A stretch of 63,979 nt of DNA, filler included. It is 10 parts of 10 records of this genome, joined end to end, with 100 filler letters (N's around TTAATTAATTAA, not from the genome) between each part and the next. Parts side by side here need not be neighbours in the genome. Positions count along the whole stretch, not along the records: positions 1 to 9,762 come from SRR7504441_575; positions 9,863 to 15,411 come from SRR7504441_579; 8 more parts are not named here. The stretch is one strand, 5' to 3'. The first letter of the stretch is position 1, and every line of letters begins with the position of its first letter. The notes below the pieces were generated by a model. The model had not been told where the DNA came from. It searched no databases and saw only the letters and a list, made by a program, of their open reading frames with translations. Shown in pieces: positions 1-10,284 of the stretch. The translations under genes were made by a program, and so were the position numbers.

Positions 1-1236
1 TTCTGCGAGCATCTTTTCTTGTCGTAATTCATCTATTGACTCTTGGAGTGACTCCAGCTGCCTTTTCAGGGCACTCATATCGTCATTATCATCTAAAGTC
101 ACGAGTTGCTCTACTTCATCATCACTGTCTTTTGACTTTGCTGCCTGTGAGTTTGCAGCTGCCTCTTTCTCCGCTGCTTTTCGCATTCTCACCATTTCTT
201 CCGCCGCCTTTTGTCGCTCAGCGGCTTCTGCAGCGATCGCTTCTTTTTCTGCAGCCTCTTGACGCTCCTCCTCCTGCTTTTCTAACCTATCGCTGATATC
301 CTTTTCTTCAGCAGCCCTGACCTTTGCATCCCACTCATCTTTGGCAGCCTTCTCTTTTGCAGCTTCTCTATCAGCCTCTGCCTTTTTCATCGCGGCCTCT
401 GCCAGCCTCGCGGCTTCGGCGTCTTCTTCTTCCTTCTTTCGACGCGCAGCTTCGGCTGCCTGCTTGCCTCTCAGCCGAGCTGCAGCAGCCTCCTCGCGCT
501 CTTTCTCCAGTCGGGCAGCTTCCTCCTCTGCCTGCAACCGAGCAGCTTCTGCCTGCAACCGAGCAGCTTCTGCCTCGGCCTGAGCTTTCGATCTGGCCTC
601 TTCTCTGGCCCTTGCTGCTTGAGCTGCCTCCTCTCTTTTCCGAGCCGCCTCCTCCGTCTGCTTTGCCTGCTCTTCAGCTGCTTGCTTGGTTGCCTGCTCG
701 GCTGCCTGCCTGGCCTGTTCCTCTTCAGCCTTGAATTTGGCCTCTTCTGCCGCCTTCACCCGCTTCCTCTCCTCTTCCTCTGCCTTCTCCCTCCTCCTCT
801 CCTCTTCTGCAGCACGTTTCCCCTCACGTATCGAGGCCCCTCGATTAAAGCTGGTTGATTCTCGCTCAGCCGCTCGTTCGGCCCTGCCAGCCCTTCCTGC
901 AACAGCAGCCCTCTCCGTAGCTGCCGGCTGTTCGGCAGCCGCTTCGGCTACGTCTGCCACTGTGGTGCCGCCGGCTGCCGCGACACTACTAGCTCCCTCT
1001 GTCGCCACCACGTCGACTTCACCCCCTGACGCGGCAGCAGGGTCACCAGTCGCTGTCGCGCCTGTAGCTGCCGCGCCAGTCGGCCTCTCCGACTCGCCGT
1101 CGTCCGCAGCTGCTGCTGTGCCTGCCAGGGCCTCCCCCTGGGCAGGCTGGCTGGCCGCTTGCTCGGGCTGCTGCTCTTCAGGAGGCTTGCTGGACTCTGT
1201 CGACAACGCTGCCTCCACAGGCAGATGCGTCGACAT
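1..1236 (-). CDS. Ala/Glu/Lys/Arg-rich low-complexity coiled-coil protein (3' end runs off the window)
   Basis: ATG at 1236 (MSTHLPVEAALSTESSKPPEEQQ...). The same frame is open at the window edge (...SALKRQLESLQESIDELRQEKMLAE). AEAARLQ-type coding repeats lie at ~517-580. Confidence 0.65.
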   Translation of the reverse strand, partial: MSTHLPVEAALSTESSKPPEEQQPEQAASQPAQGEALAGTAAAADDGESERPTGAAATGATATGDPAAASGGEVDVVATEGASSVAAAGGTTVADVAEAAAEQPAATERAAVAGRAGRAERAAERESTSFNRGASIREGKRAAEEERRREKAEEEERKRVKAAEEAKFKAEEEQARQAAEQATKQAAEEQAKQTEEAARKREEAAQAARAREEARSKAQAEAEAARLQAEAARLQAEEEAARLEKEREEAAAARLRGKQAAEAARRKKEEEDAEAARLAEAAMKKAEADREAAKEKAAKDEWDAKVRAAEEKDISDRLEKQEEERQEAAEKEAIAAEAAERQKAAEEMVRMRKAAEKEAAANSQAAKSKDSDDEVEQLVTLDDNDDMSALKRQLESLQESIDELRQEKMLAE

Positions 1237-1502
1237 GTGCTGCCCGGCCTGGACTCGGCAGCTCACATCTAGGCCGGCGCCTGGCGCCCAGTTGTGAGGC
1301 CCCAAATAGGTGCCAGTGAGATTTCCAGCGTTGTGGTGTCAAGTGAGGCAAGTTGGACCGATTTCTCATCACCGAGACACCAGATCCACGGGCGCCGGCC
1401 AGTGCGGCCGGACTCCCAGCGGAGAAGCGCGAGGCCTGGTCGAGTCCGAGGAGACGCTTCAGGCGCATGCGGCTGCCGCAGTGGTAGTGTGCAGGCGGTG
1501 TC

Positions 1503-4415
1503 ATGAGCCGGTACCCCCCATTCGGGTTGGTGGCCCTCGTCAGGCTGGTGTGCCGCTGTGGCAGGCTGTGGACTGTGGCCGCGCTCGCCCTAGGGGTTTG
1601 GACGCAGTGCGCTGCGAGCTCCGGTGGCCCTGCCCCGTGTGGCTGCAGCCGCTGACTCAGGGCGCAGGTGGGTTTGGTGCTCACATCGCAGTTGCACTGA
1701 ACAGCACCGGGTTGTCTGTGGCGAGCGCATCAGCCTCTTGGGGGGATAGTTTTGCCGTGGCCGGCTGGTTTGAAGACAACCTCACCGTGCGGTCGGTTAA
1801 CGTCACAAGCGCGGGTAACAAAGACGTGTGTATAGCAGCCTTCGAAGCTGGTGCGGCTTTGGGTCCTTTACCACTCTGATGCCACGGGCTGGCAGAGTCC
1901 GGGACCTTGCGTTGGCTCAGAGCTGTGGGTGGCCCGCTCGAGGAGAAGGGCCACGCAATGAGCCTCATGGGATCTGCACTGGTGGTTGCTGGGTTTTTTG
2001 ACAGCGCAACCATGAGCTTTGGGAATGGCGTGAATGTCTCACGCTCTGACGATGATACAGACTTGTTTGTTGCGGCTCTGGCTTCAGGTTTGCACGGCGT
2101 GCGGCGTGGCAGTAGTGTATGACAGTGGCGCGTGCTAGGTACAGGCCAAGCACAATGGGCAAAGGGCTTTAGCACCACACCCTATGACGCTTATCATCCG
2201 TTGGCATTGAGCTCCAACAGCACACATGCGGTTGTCGCCGGTTCGTTCCAGGGCAGCATTGTTTTCGGAGACACCACCTTACAAGCGGCTACGCTGTATG
2301 ATAGGAATGCATACGTCGTTCTTCTTGATGGTATGGCCCTGAGATGATATGCTTTGTTAGCCTCCTGGTTAGGTTCAGGGAATGTGGTATGGGCAAAGGG
2401 CTTCGGCGGTACTAAAGCTGACTATTCGGCCGGCGTGTGGCTTGCGGACTTCGGGATAATATTGACTGGCACATTTGCGTCGACGAGTCTATCTTTTGGC
2501 AGTTCAAGTGCCTCAAACAGAGGATCCAAAAACGTCTTTGTAGCCAAAGTTACTGGCAATGGGGACTGCGTCTGGCTCAAGTCACTCGGCGGATCGGTGT
2601 CTGACTATGCAAAGGCTGTGACCGCACGAAACGATAGCGTGTATCTGACTGGGTACTTCACGAGCAGTGTCCTGCACATTGGAAATATGACATTGTCGAA
2701 TCAAGGTGATTCAGATGTCTTTGCTGCCGCACTTTCCGGTTGTTCTTTCCCGCTTCGACTTTGCGTCCATTCCTATGGTGTCGACAGGAACCGCAGTGCT
2801 GGATAATGAAAGCTCATCCTCAACCGGCATTGATGGCTTGATAATTGTGCTTGCAGCGCTTGGGGCTGTTTTGATCTCACTGCTGCTTTATTGGAAGCGA
2901 ATTGCCATGTGTTGCAAAGCTCGCCCACCTGCAAGGCCTGGGAAGGTCCGTGTTCTGGCCAGGAAAGGAGGTTGCTCAGTATTTTCTCTCATTCCATCAC
3001 AGTGGATCTTTTTCACTCCCGGAAGGGATGTGGAGTATCTTGAGCAACAGTGCCAAGCGCAGTTAGCGCTTTCAGAAGTAGAGCGGATGGAATGCAAGCT
3101 AGGTAGCGCAGAGTATGTGATCTTGGAGGACGGCGAAGATGACGATGATGCTTTTGAACGGTGCAAATGTGCGTACTTTGAAAATAGGAACCAACAATTT
3201 GAGGTGCTGGTGTACGGCACCACAGACATTTGCGGGACTGTTAAGTATCTATGTACATGCAGTGATGCCTGCCAAAGTGCGGAAGAAGAGGAGGTCGATA
3301 GGGCTATCAAGGATGACTTAGAGCAAACCGCTTTGCTTCCGCCGGAACGATCAGAGGTGGGGAAGTTAATTCTTGACTGGGGCAGTGGAGTACTGCAACC
3401 TCGGCGCCAGCGGCTGGCCGACCAAGTATTTGATGCCTTCTCGGAGCGTTCTGGCAACGAGAGCGTTCTAGGTGCATCGCATGGTGCCCTAATCTTGTAA
3501 GCGTCGGTGTGGCAGAAATGCGGCCTGTGATGAAGCATATGAAAGAATCTGGGGGAAATGCTATCAAGGTGACTCTTTGGCTCTGGTTAGGGCAAAGCAA
3601 TGAGGGTGGTGGTGCAGGGTCTGCGCTCGTCCGACACACACCTCAACCGAAAAGAATTCCATAGTTGGGTCAATGATCACTTGGGGCTCATAACACTCAA
3701 ACAGTACGAAAATGTAATGAGTTATGTCCTTCTTTCGTTGTCGCCTTCGTCCCAAACGCCTGACAGGGAACTGCCGCCGCCGCCGTCCAGGGGTCCTGGT
3801 CGGGAAGCACAGGAGACCCGACCCATTCCGACCCCAGTGAGAAACTATACAAACCCATTAAGAGAAGCTGCAGGACCCGTTAGTCTAGAACTCAAGGAGA
3901 ATCCACACACTGCGATGGCAGATGATAAAGCGCACAGCACGTCCAAGGAACCAAATATGAAAGGGGCACGCCTGACTCCGCCTGCTCAAGAAAAATTGAG
4001 CAAACCAACAGGCGGCAGAGAGCAGCTGGCGGTGACAAAGGCAGAGGACAAACCGGCTAAGGTGGATGTGCCGAGTACGCGTAAAGAGGTTTCCAACACG
4101 CCTCCTGTCAGCGCACAGATCAAGAGTACGCCTGTTCATGGCACTGATGAGGCTGCGAAGAAGCTCTCAGTACCACAAGTCACCAGCAAAGATCAAACCA
4201 GCAAAGACGCTGCAAAGGAGAGAATCAAGTCCTTGAAAGCAGCTAGAAGAAGTGGCAAGGAGCCAGGTGTGCAGGCATCGACTGGGGTGCCGCCTACAAA
4301 TAGTGCACCAACGAATTCCTCTGCACGGTTGCAACCACCCAGGGAAAAGGAGGGGGCGAAGAAAGTTAAAAAGAAAAAGAAGCTTAAGCCCAAGACATAC
4401 TCTGACCTGTTGTAG
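1503..4415 (+). CDS. Multi-exon single-pass membrane protein: signal peptide, beta-propeller repeats (WAKGFGG..D..A.GV type), TM helix, cytosolic domain and Pro/Lys-rich tail
   Basis: The spliced N-terminus MSRLWTVAALALGVWTQCAASS looks like a signal peptide. Repeats WLRAVGG/WAKGFS/WAKGFGG/WLKSLGG are each followed by VAG.F or LTG.F. TM is GLIIVLAALGAVLISLLLYW. ORF pieces are joined by ~40-55 nt GT-AG introns. The link to the 3600-4415 ORF is inferred, so this could be two genes. Confidence 0.6.
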
Positions 4416-4513
4416 AGGTGATGGATTTGTTTTCCAATATCCACAATCAATTACATAAATCGGTTTAAAAATTAGGGTGACTACACGTATGGGACTCAGG
4501 TCTTTGCAAGAGT

Positions 4514-7500
4514 TTACTTACATGATTGTACTGTACTCGTAGCACTTGACAAATCACATGTAGACAGATCAAGAGCGTTGACGCCCAGTTGCTTCAGTCC
4601 CCATTGTTTCAATCTCGACACACCAAACTTGTTACTATCATGATCGGAACTTTGGTCACCACCAGCAGGCACCTCTCGCTTTGCCTCTCCAGTTTTCTTT
4701 TGACCAGAAACGGGTACTCCGCCAACTACCCATCTACAAGCACGCAGCGGTCAGGCGTGTTCACATCTAGGGCGCTGCAGCCTTCACATTAAGCTCTCAC
4801 CTGGAGTATTTTGTTGCTGACATCCTCGCTGGCGTGGCAGGTGTGAAAGGACTTGATGAAGGTGACGAACGGCCCTTGCGTACTCCGATGATTGGAGGAG
4901 ACGAGGCAGAAGGCGAGTCTGTTGCAACAAACGATATGCGTAAGGGAGAGGACTGCGTGTCACAGGTCTGAGGCTTTGGTAATTCCATAGCAATAGCAGC
5001 CGCTTCCTGAGCCTCGTCAAGCTGCAGACGCATCTCATTGATCAGCTCAGCTTTGGTCATGCCGTCTGCTTTTGCCTCAAAGAGTTGCTGTTCTAAGGAC
5101 TGTCGGTGGCCTTCAAGGCTGCCTATGTGCTTTCCCATCCGGCTAGCCTCACTTTGTGACTCTGCGAGCGTTGTCCTCGTCACAGTTGCTATCTTCTTTA
5201 CTCGATCAAGTGCAGCGAGCACCCCCTCTGGGACAACTTCTGCTTCGGGATCCAGGATGCCGAGCAACTCGACAACGTTGGACTGAAACGGTTCCAGAAT
5301 AAGCTTGGCTTCGCCCAGATCCTTCCGCAATTGCCGTTCGCGCGTCATCGCCTCTTGCGCTATTTCATGTGCATTGGTCTGAGCATTCTCCACTTGCTCA
5401 GTCAACTCTCTCTCCTGACATTCAAGGTCACAGCCTAAACGCATCGGAGCCTCACCACATTCCGCTTATCCCTCTCGTGGAGCTCTTTCAAACGAGTTGT
5501 CTCAGTCTGTTGAGCCTGCAGCATAGTCTCTGTCACCGCCATTAGCCTATCAATCTCCGCTTTGGCGTCCTGCTCCCGTGCTTCGCTGGTTTGCTTGGCA
5601 GCTTGGCACACAGCCAGTTGTTCTTGGTTGCTCTCCATCTCCTTTTGGGCATCTGCCTCCCATCGCTCTGTGTGTTTCTGCAGCCGTCGAGCATCAGCGG
5701 CCACTTGCTCGAGCAAACTCTGCAAATCGAAGAGAAACGGCGACTGAGCTCCGCAGTCTGATATCAGCCTGTCTACTACACTCTGCAGCAGCTTGTGCAG
5801 AGTGCTCTCCATTGCGCCCCAGGCTTGCCAGTGCCAGGCTCCGTCGCTGACATTATTCGGCTGTGCACTCAAATGAGTCTCTCCGTGCTCTTTCAGTAGC
5901 CCTACATCTCGCATCTGGACCCACAATCGCTCAAAGGACCCCAGCGCGACTATGACCTTTGCTTCGGAGCTCCTCTTGACACAGTCTCTCAGATGGGCCT
6001 TATCAGCCTCCACCTTCTCCTTGTCCTGCTTGGTTTGATTGTGCTGGTCCAGTAAAGTTTGGTGGTCGCGATTTTTGAGCTCAAGCTGCGACAGAAAGGC
6101 AGCTCAATCTGCAGCCACCCAGCGCACACACCTCCTGCTGCAGTGAGTCCGCCCTCCTCGTGGCATACTCAGCCTCCTCTTCCAAGCTCTTCATCCGCTT
6201 GACCATATCCGACACAACTGTGGCGAGCACATTCACTCGCTCTGGATCGGCTGGCGCGATGTCTTCCACTGTCAGGGCCGCGCCTTGCAGTATGGGCACA
6301 CCCATTTGCTGCTGCACTGATCTCACCCACGACTGGGTTGCGCTGGCTTTCTGCACCACTGCGAGTGTCCCGGCAATCTCGTCCGGTGGGCCCAGCTCTG
6401 CTTTGATGCTCGCGATTTCAGCTCGTGACTCGGCCAGCAGAGCCTCCGCCTGGTTGGCTTTAGCAACGGCACACTCGCGCTCCTCGTCGGTTCGAGCCTG
6501 CTGAGCCTGGATCAGCTCACCAGCTGCCACCGCCCCCTTGGCAGTCTCCTCCGCCGCCTGCAGCGCTGCGCTCTTCTGGGCGAGTTCCGTTAACGTCTTC
6601 TCGTGCTCGCTGCGCAGCACAGCCAGCTCCGCCTGTGCTGTCTCGACTGAAGCCCGGAGCATCCCGGAGTCGGCTTCCAGCTCAGTCTTCTCACTGAGCG
6701 CCTGGGCCAATTGCCCCCGGATAGCCGCCTCCATGTTGCTCTTCTCGGCCTCCCGTTTGGCCTCCACGTCGTGCAGCAGGCGCTGCATCTGCTCCACCTG
6801 ACACACCGACTCAGCACACGGCCGACCAGCTTGCCACCTGAACTTGCAGACTATCGCGCTGCTTGGTCAGCTGGGCCACCGCCGCACTGTCCGCCTTGCC
6901 CGACGGCACCCGTCGCGGGTTAGCCGCCCGCAGTTTTGCGTTGGCCGTCCGCCACATGTCTTCGGCCTCGCGATGCTCCTGCACTTCCATCTCCACAAGC
7001 CTAATTCGAGCGGAGTCCCGTTCCGCCGCCTGCACCAGCTCGGCATTCTCCCTGCCCCCCGGGTGAGCACTGTCAGGCCCAGCCAGCGCACCCTTCCAAT
7101 GCCCGGACTCGGGCCTGAAGAGCCTCCGCTCGCTCACCGTGCTCGTGGATCTGCTGCTGGGCCTGGGAGGCCGCCTCGTGAGCCACCGCTGCCGCCGCGT
7201 CGGTGGCCATCGCCGCCTCCTGCTTGAACTCCTGGCAGCTCGGGCACCGGCCGGGGCTCTTCTTGTGGGTCTCGGCCAGGAATTTGGAGAACTGCTCGAT
7301 CTTGCGCAGATGCCGCTCATTCAGCTGCTCGATCACCTCCTGCAGCTGGCCCTCGATCTCCGCCGCGGCCGCCGTCCGCTGAAGCAGCTCCCGCTCCACT
7401 TGGCGCAGACGGGTCACCTCGGCCTCCAGCGCGCCGGTGTCCGCTGCGGGCTTGGCCGGGGCCGGGCGGCGTGGCTGGTTGGCCGGTCGCTCGCTGAGCG

Positions 7501-7591
7501 CGGCGCGGCGCTTGGGGGGGGCGGGCTGCTTCTGGTCGGGCTGGTGGAGCGGCTTGAACCCCGCCGCGCAGTGCGAGTGCCGCCTGAGCAT
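4514..7591 (-). CDS. Long multi-exon coiled-coil protein
   Basis: ORFs 7073-7591, 6811-7320 (part), 6081-6806, 5435-6013 and 4797-5444 are linked by short GT-AG introns. Sequence is heptad-rich in E/Q/A/L/R. The 3' end is approximate. Confidence 0.7.
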
Positions 7592-7693
7592 CGCTCCTCA
7601 CGTCGCCTTCATCAGCCGCAGCATTTGGCCAAAACAAATCGAACTGAAGTTTGGGCCCAGCGGTTGCCCGGCGGCGGTACCCGGCACCTTGCC

Positions 7694-9340
7694 ATGATGA
7701 AGCGAGGGCTGCGGGAGGCGCTGGCGGCCCGGGCAGGGGTGGACCCGGAGGCCCTGGCCGAGCTCTCCGGCAACGCGCCCGACAAACGCCGCCGGGGCCC
7801 GAAGGAGGAGCCCGCGGCCGGGGAGGAGCCGGAGGATGAGGCGGTGCAGGTTCGGGTGACCGCGTCGCTGGTCGGCGAGCTGCGGGGCGCGTTCGAGGCC
7901 GGCCTGGCGCAGGCGTGCGAGAAGGGCGGGGCGATGCGGGGGTGGATGGCCGACGGGGAGCTGGTGCTGGACCGGGTGGAGCAGTGGGGGCTGGACGACG
8001 AGAACGACCTGTGCTGCCTGGGCGATCACTTTGGGTTCACTTTCCACACCCACCCAGTGCTGATAGAGAAGGGCCGGCTGAGCAACAACCCGATGCTCCC
8101 GTCAAATAGCGACTACACCGGGGTTTTAGAGTGCGGGGCGCTGCTGCACGGGTGGCTGGAGGCAAGGGCGATCAGCTGGCCAGAGTCGCCCAGGTGGAAG
8201 GTGCGACCAGTGGAGGTGCTGGAGAACCACCGGCAGTTCCACGCGGACCGAGCAGACAGCGACGAGACCGATTTGCCGGGCACGAGCACTTGGTTTGACC
8301 TGCTCTGTTCACCTATTGGATTGATAGTCTACCACGGCACGCGCGAGTCTATCTGCAAGTACAGGGCGCACATGGCACAGCGGGGGCGGGTACGGAACGA
8401 GTACGACAGAGTGATCAACCGGCAGGCGCCCCGGGTGCTCACCGGCTTTGATCGAGAATTCGGGACGCTGCTGCATGAGGAGAAGTGTCCCGAGGACAAG
8501 AGCACGCTGACCGGTCGGTGCAACCAGGCTGCTGCCGGGCTCGGGTACGGCTGCTGGGACCCTGCCACGCTGCCCATCGACGCACGGACGGCTGAAGCGT
8601 GCGCCGTGGCCATTGAGCGTGCAGCTGGCAAGGCGGCCGCGAAGGCTGTCCGATCAGCCATTGCCCTCAAAGGACCTTGCTATGCCTCACTCAGAGCAGC
8701 GCTCGTCGTCAAGGGGGCCGGCGCGGCTCTCGAGCGAGCGTTCCTCGAGCGTTACGACCGGCTGGCCGACGACTATGACAGTGGCAGGACTGTGCGGGTG
8801 TCTGTGGAGTTGCTGGTGCTTGGCTCTCTTGCAGGGGATGACTGCAGAGAGCAGCTGTTATTCTTGGTGCAAAACGCCCCGCTCGAAGTACACCGGGCCT
8901 GGTTTTGCTCCGACGAGTGCCTTGAGCACGACTGGGCCAGCGAGCCCCAGGTGGCGGGGTGGCAGAGCATGGTGCAAGCTTTCGGGCTCGGAGCGCGGCT
9001 ATTCAATTGGCGCGACCCGGCGGTTTGCTTCGAGCTGCCCTGCCCGGCTCCACTCCGGCCGCTGCTGGATTGGCACGCCTCGGGCGATTTGTTCTGGAAC
9101 GAGGTGCGATTGGCTCCGATTGTGCGGCGAGTGGGTGTGGCACCGCTCAAAAAGCTTGCCAAGGGCAAGCAAGAGGTGGTGACCGAGGGCAAGAGGGGCA
9201 GCGCGGTCGACCTTCCCGATAAGCACTGGGGGTACACACTCAAGCGAGCGCTGGCCGAGCGTCGCGCCCAGGCCGGTGGGTCGTGGAAGGCAATTGAGGA
9301 GCTTGAAACAGGCTATAGGCATAAATATGTCGAGCGTTAG
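7694..9340 (+). CDS. Intronless 548-aa protein with a JAB/MPN+ (JAMM)-like metal-binding motif
   Basis: ATG at 7694 (MMKRGLREAL). Motifs E(KGG)...FTFHTHP...PSNSD...LLCSPIGLIVY fit the E-HxH-S-xx-D pattern. Confidence 0.6.
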   Translation: MMKRGLREALAARAGVDPEALAELSGNAPDKRRRGPKEEPAAGEEPEDEAVQVRVTASLVGELRGAFEAGLAQACEKGGAMRGWMADGELVLDRVEQWGLDDENDLCCLGDHFGFTFHTHPVLIEKGRLSNNPMLPSNSDYTGVLECGALLHGWLEARAISWPESPRWKVRPVEVLENHRQFHADRADSDETDLPGTSTWFDLLCSPIGLIVYHGTRESICKYRAHMAQRGRVRNEYDRVINRQAPRVLTGFDREFGTLLHEEKCPEDKSTLTGRCNQAAAGLGYGCWDPATLPIDARTAEACAVAIERAAGKAAAKAVRSAIALKGPCYASLRAALVVKGAGAALERAFLERYDRLADDYDSGRTVRVSVELLVLGSLAGDDCREQLLFLVQNAPLEVHRAWFCSDECLEHDWASEPQVAGWQSMVQAFGLGARLFNWRDPAVCFELPCPAPLRPLLDWHASGDLFWNEVRLAPIVRRVGVAPLKKLAKGKQEVVTEGKRGSAVDLPDKHWGYTLKRALAERRAQAGGSWKAIEELETGYRHKYVER

Positions 9341-9762
9341 TTGAGCTGTTCACGCATAATTATATAGCTCTTCAGGCACTTCAATTCACTTCAATGCCCA
9401 AGGCTAGCACTGGCTCTTCGGAGAGCTTATGGAATAATGAAAGAAATGAATGAGCTAAGCTTTCTCGTTCCTCGTAGGTGGTACGTAGGTGGTCGATATG
9501 ATCATCGCTTGTGAAATGACTATGAAATGGCCATGTTGAGCTAATGTTATAGTTGAGCTAGCTACCGGTATACCCCACCCCAACCCCACCCATTAATTAC
9601 CGAGGAGTGTCGAGGAGGGCCGTTTCTACGTACTCGTAGATGTGCATGCAGTTCGGTCAGTTCTCAACACTGGCAAACGCTCAAACTGTGACTGATCCAG
9701 ATTCCAGAGCACCGCCACGCCGTGAACAGATGGGAGTAGCTTGCTCCCAGTTGGTTCGAGCA

Positions 9763-9862
9763 NNNNNNNNNNNNNNNNNNNNNNNNNNNNNNNNNNNNNN
9801 NNNNNNTTAATTAATTAANNNNNNNNNNNNNNNNNNNNNNNNNNNNNNNNNNNNNNNNNNNN
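9763..9862. other. Artificial contig linker N44-TTAATTAATTAA-N44 (also 15412-15511, 21008-21107, 27915-28014, 33806-33905, 37023-37122, 40248-40347, 48530-48629, 60848-60947)
   Basis: An identical 100-nt spacer with stops in all six frames occurs nine times, and genes are cut at these points. Confidence 0.99.
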
Positions 9863-10284
9863 GCTCGAGTACTGCTGCACAGTGGTGTTGAGAAACCGAG
9901 GTTTCCGAGGTTTTCGATCCCGCCCTGGGACACGAAGGGGTACGGGCAGTTTAAGCTGCTGGTGCAGTAGCCGTTGGTCTCGGCGGTGTACGGCGCAAAG
10001 TCGAGCGCGCCCGACTCGAGCAGCCCGAACTTGACGGTGCGCGGGTTATCGGGCAGCTCGAAGCTACGGGCGTTAGGATACCCAATCCGCTCCCGCAGCA
10101 GGATGGCCGCCAGCTCGCCTGGGAATTGAGAGTTGAGGTCGTATCTGATGTATCCGACAGTGATGTTGACTTGGCTGAACGCCGGCTGGATCTCTGAAGG
10201 CTCGAGGCACTGCCAGGCGGGCGAGAGCGACAAGGTGCCCGCCGCCGGCAGCACCAGCGTCGCGCAGACCAGCACCCAAAGCAT
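9863..10284 (-). CDS. Secreted or receptor protein, N-terminal fragment; possible solute-binding-protein-like ectodomain
   Basis: Signal peptide MLWVLVCATLVLPAAG, then ITVGYIRYD...LAAILLRERIGY...GALDF. Truncated by the linker. Confidence 0.55.

Noticed and set aside
1503-2800. Beta-propeller gene as a possible RAG2-like partner of the RAG1-like gene
   Set aside because: It is on a different contig, has a signal peptide and TM helix, its repeats are not kelch-type, and it has no PHD finger.
9807-9818. TTAATTAATTAA repeated nine times
   Set aside because: It is an artificial six-frame-stop linker within N runs. Adjacency across linkers has no biological meaning.
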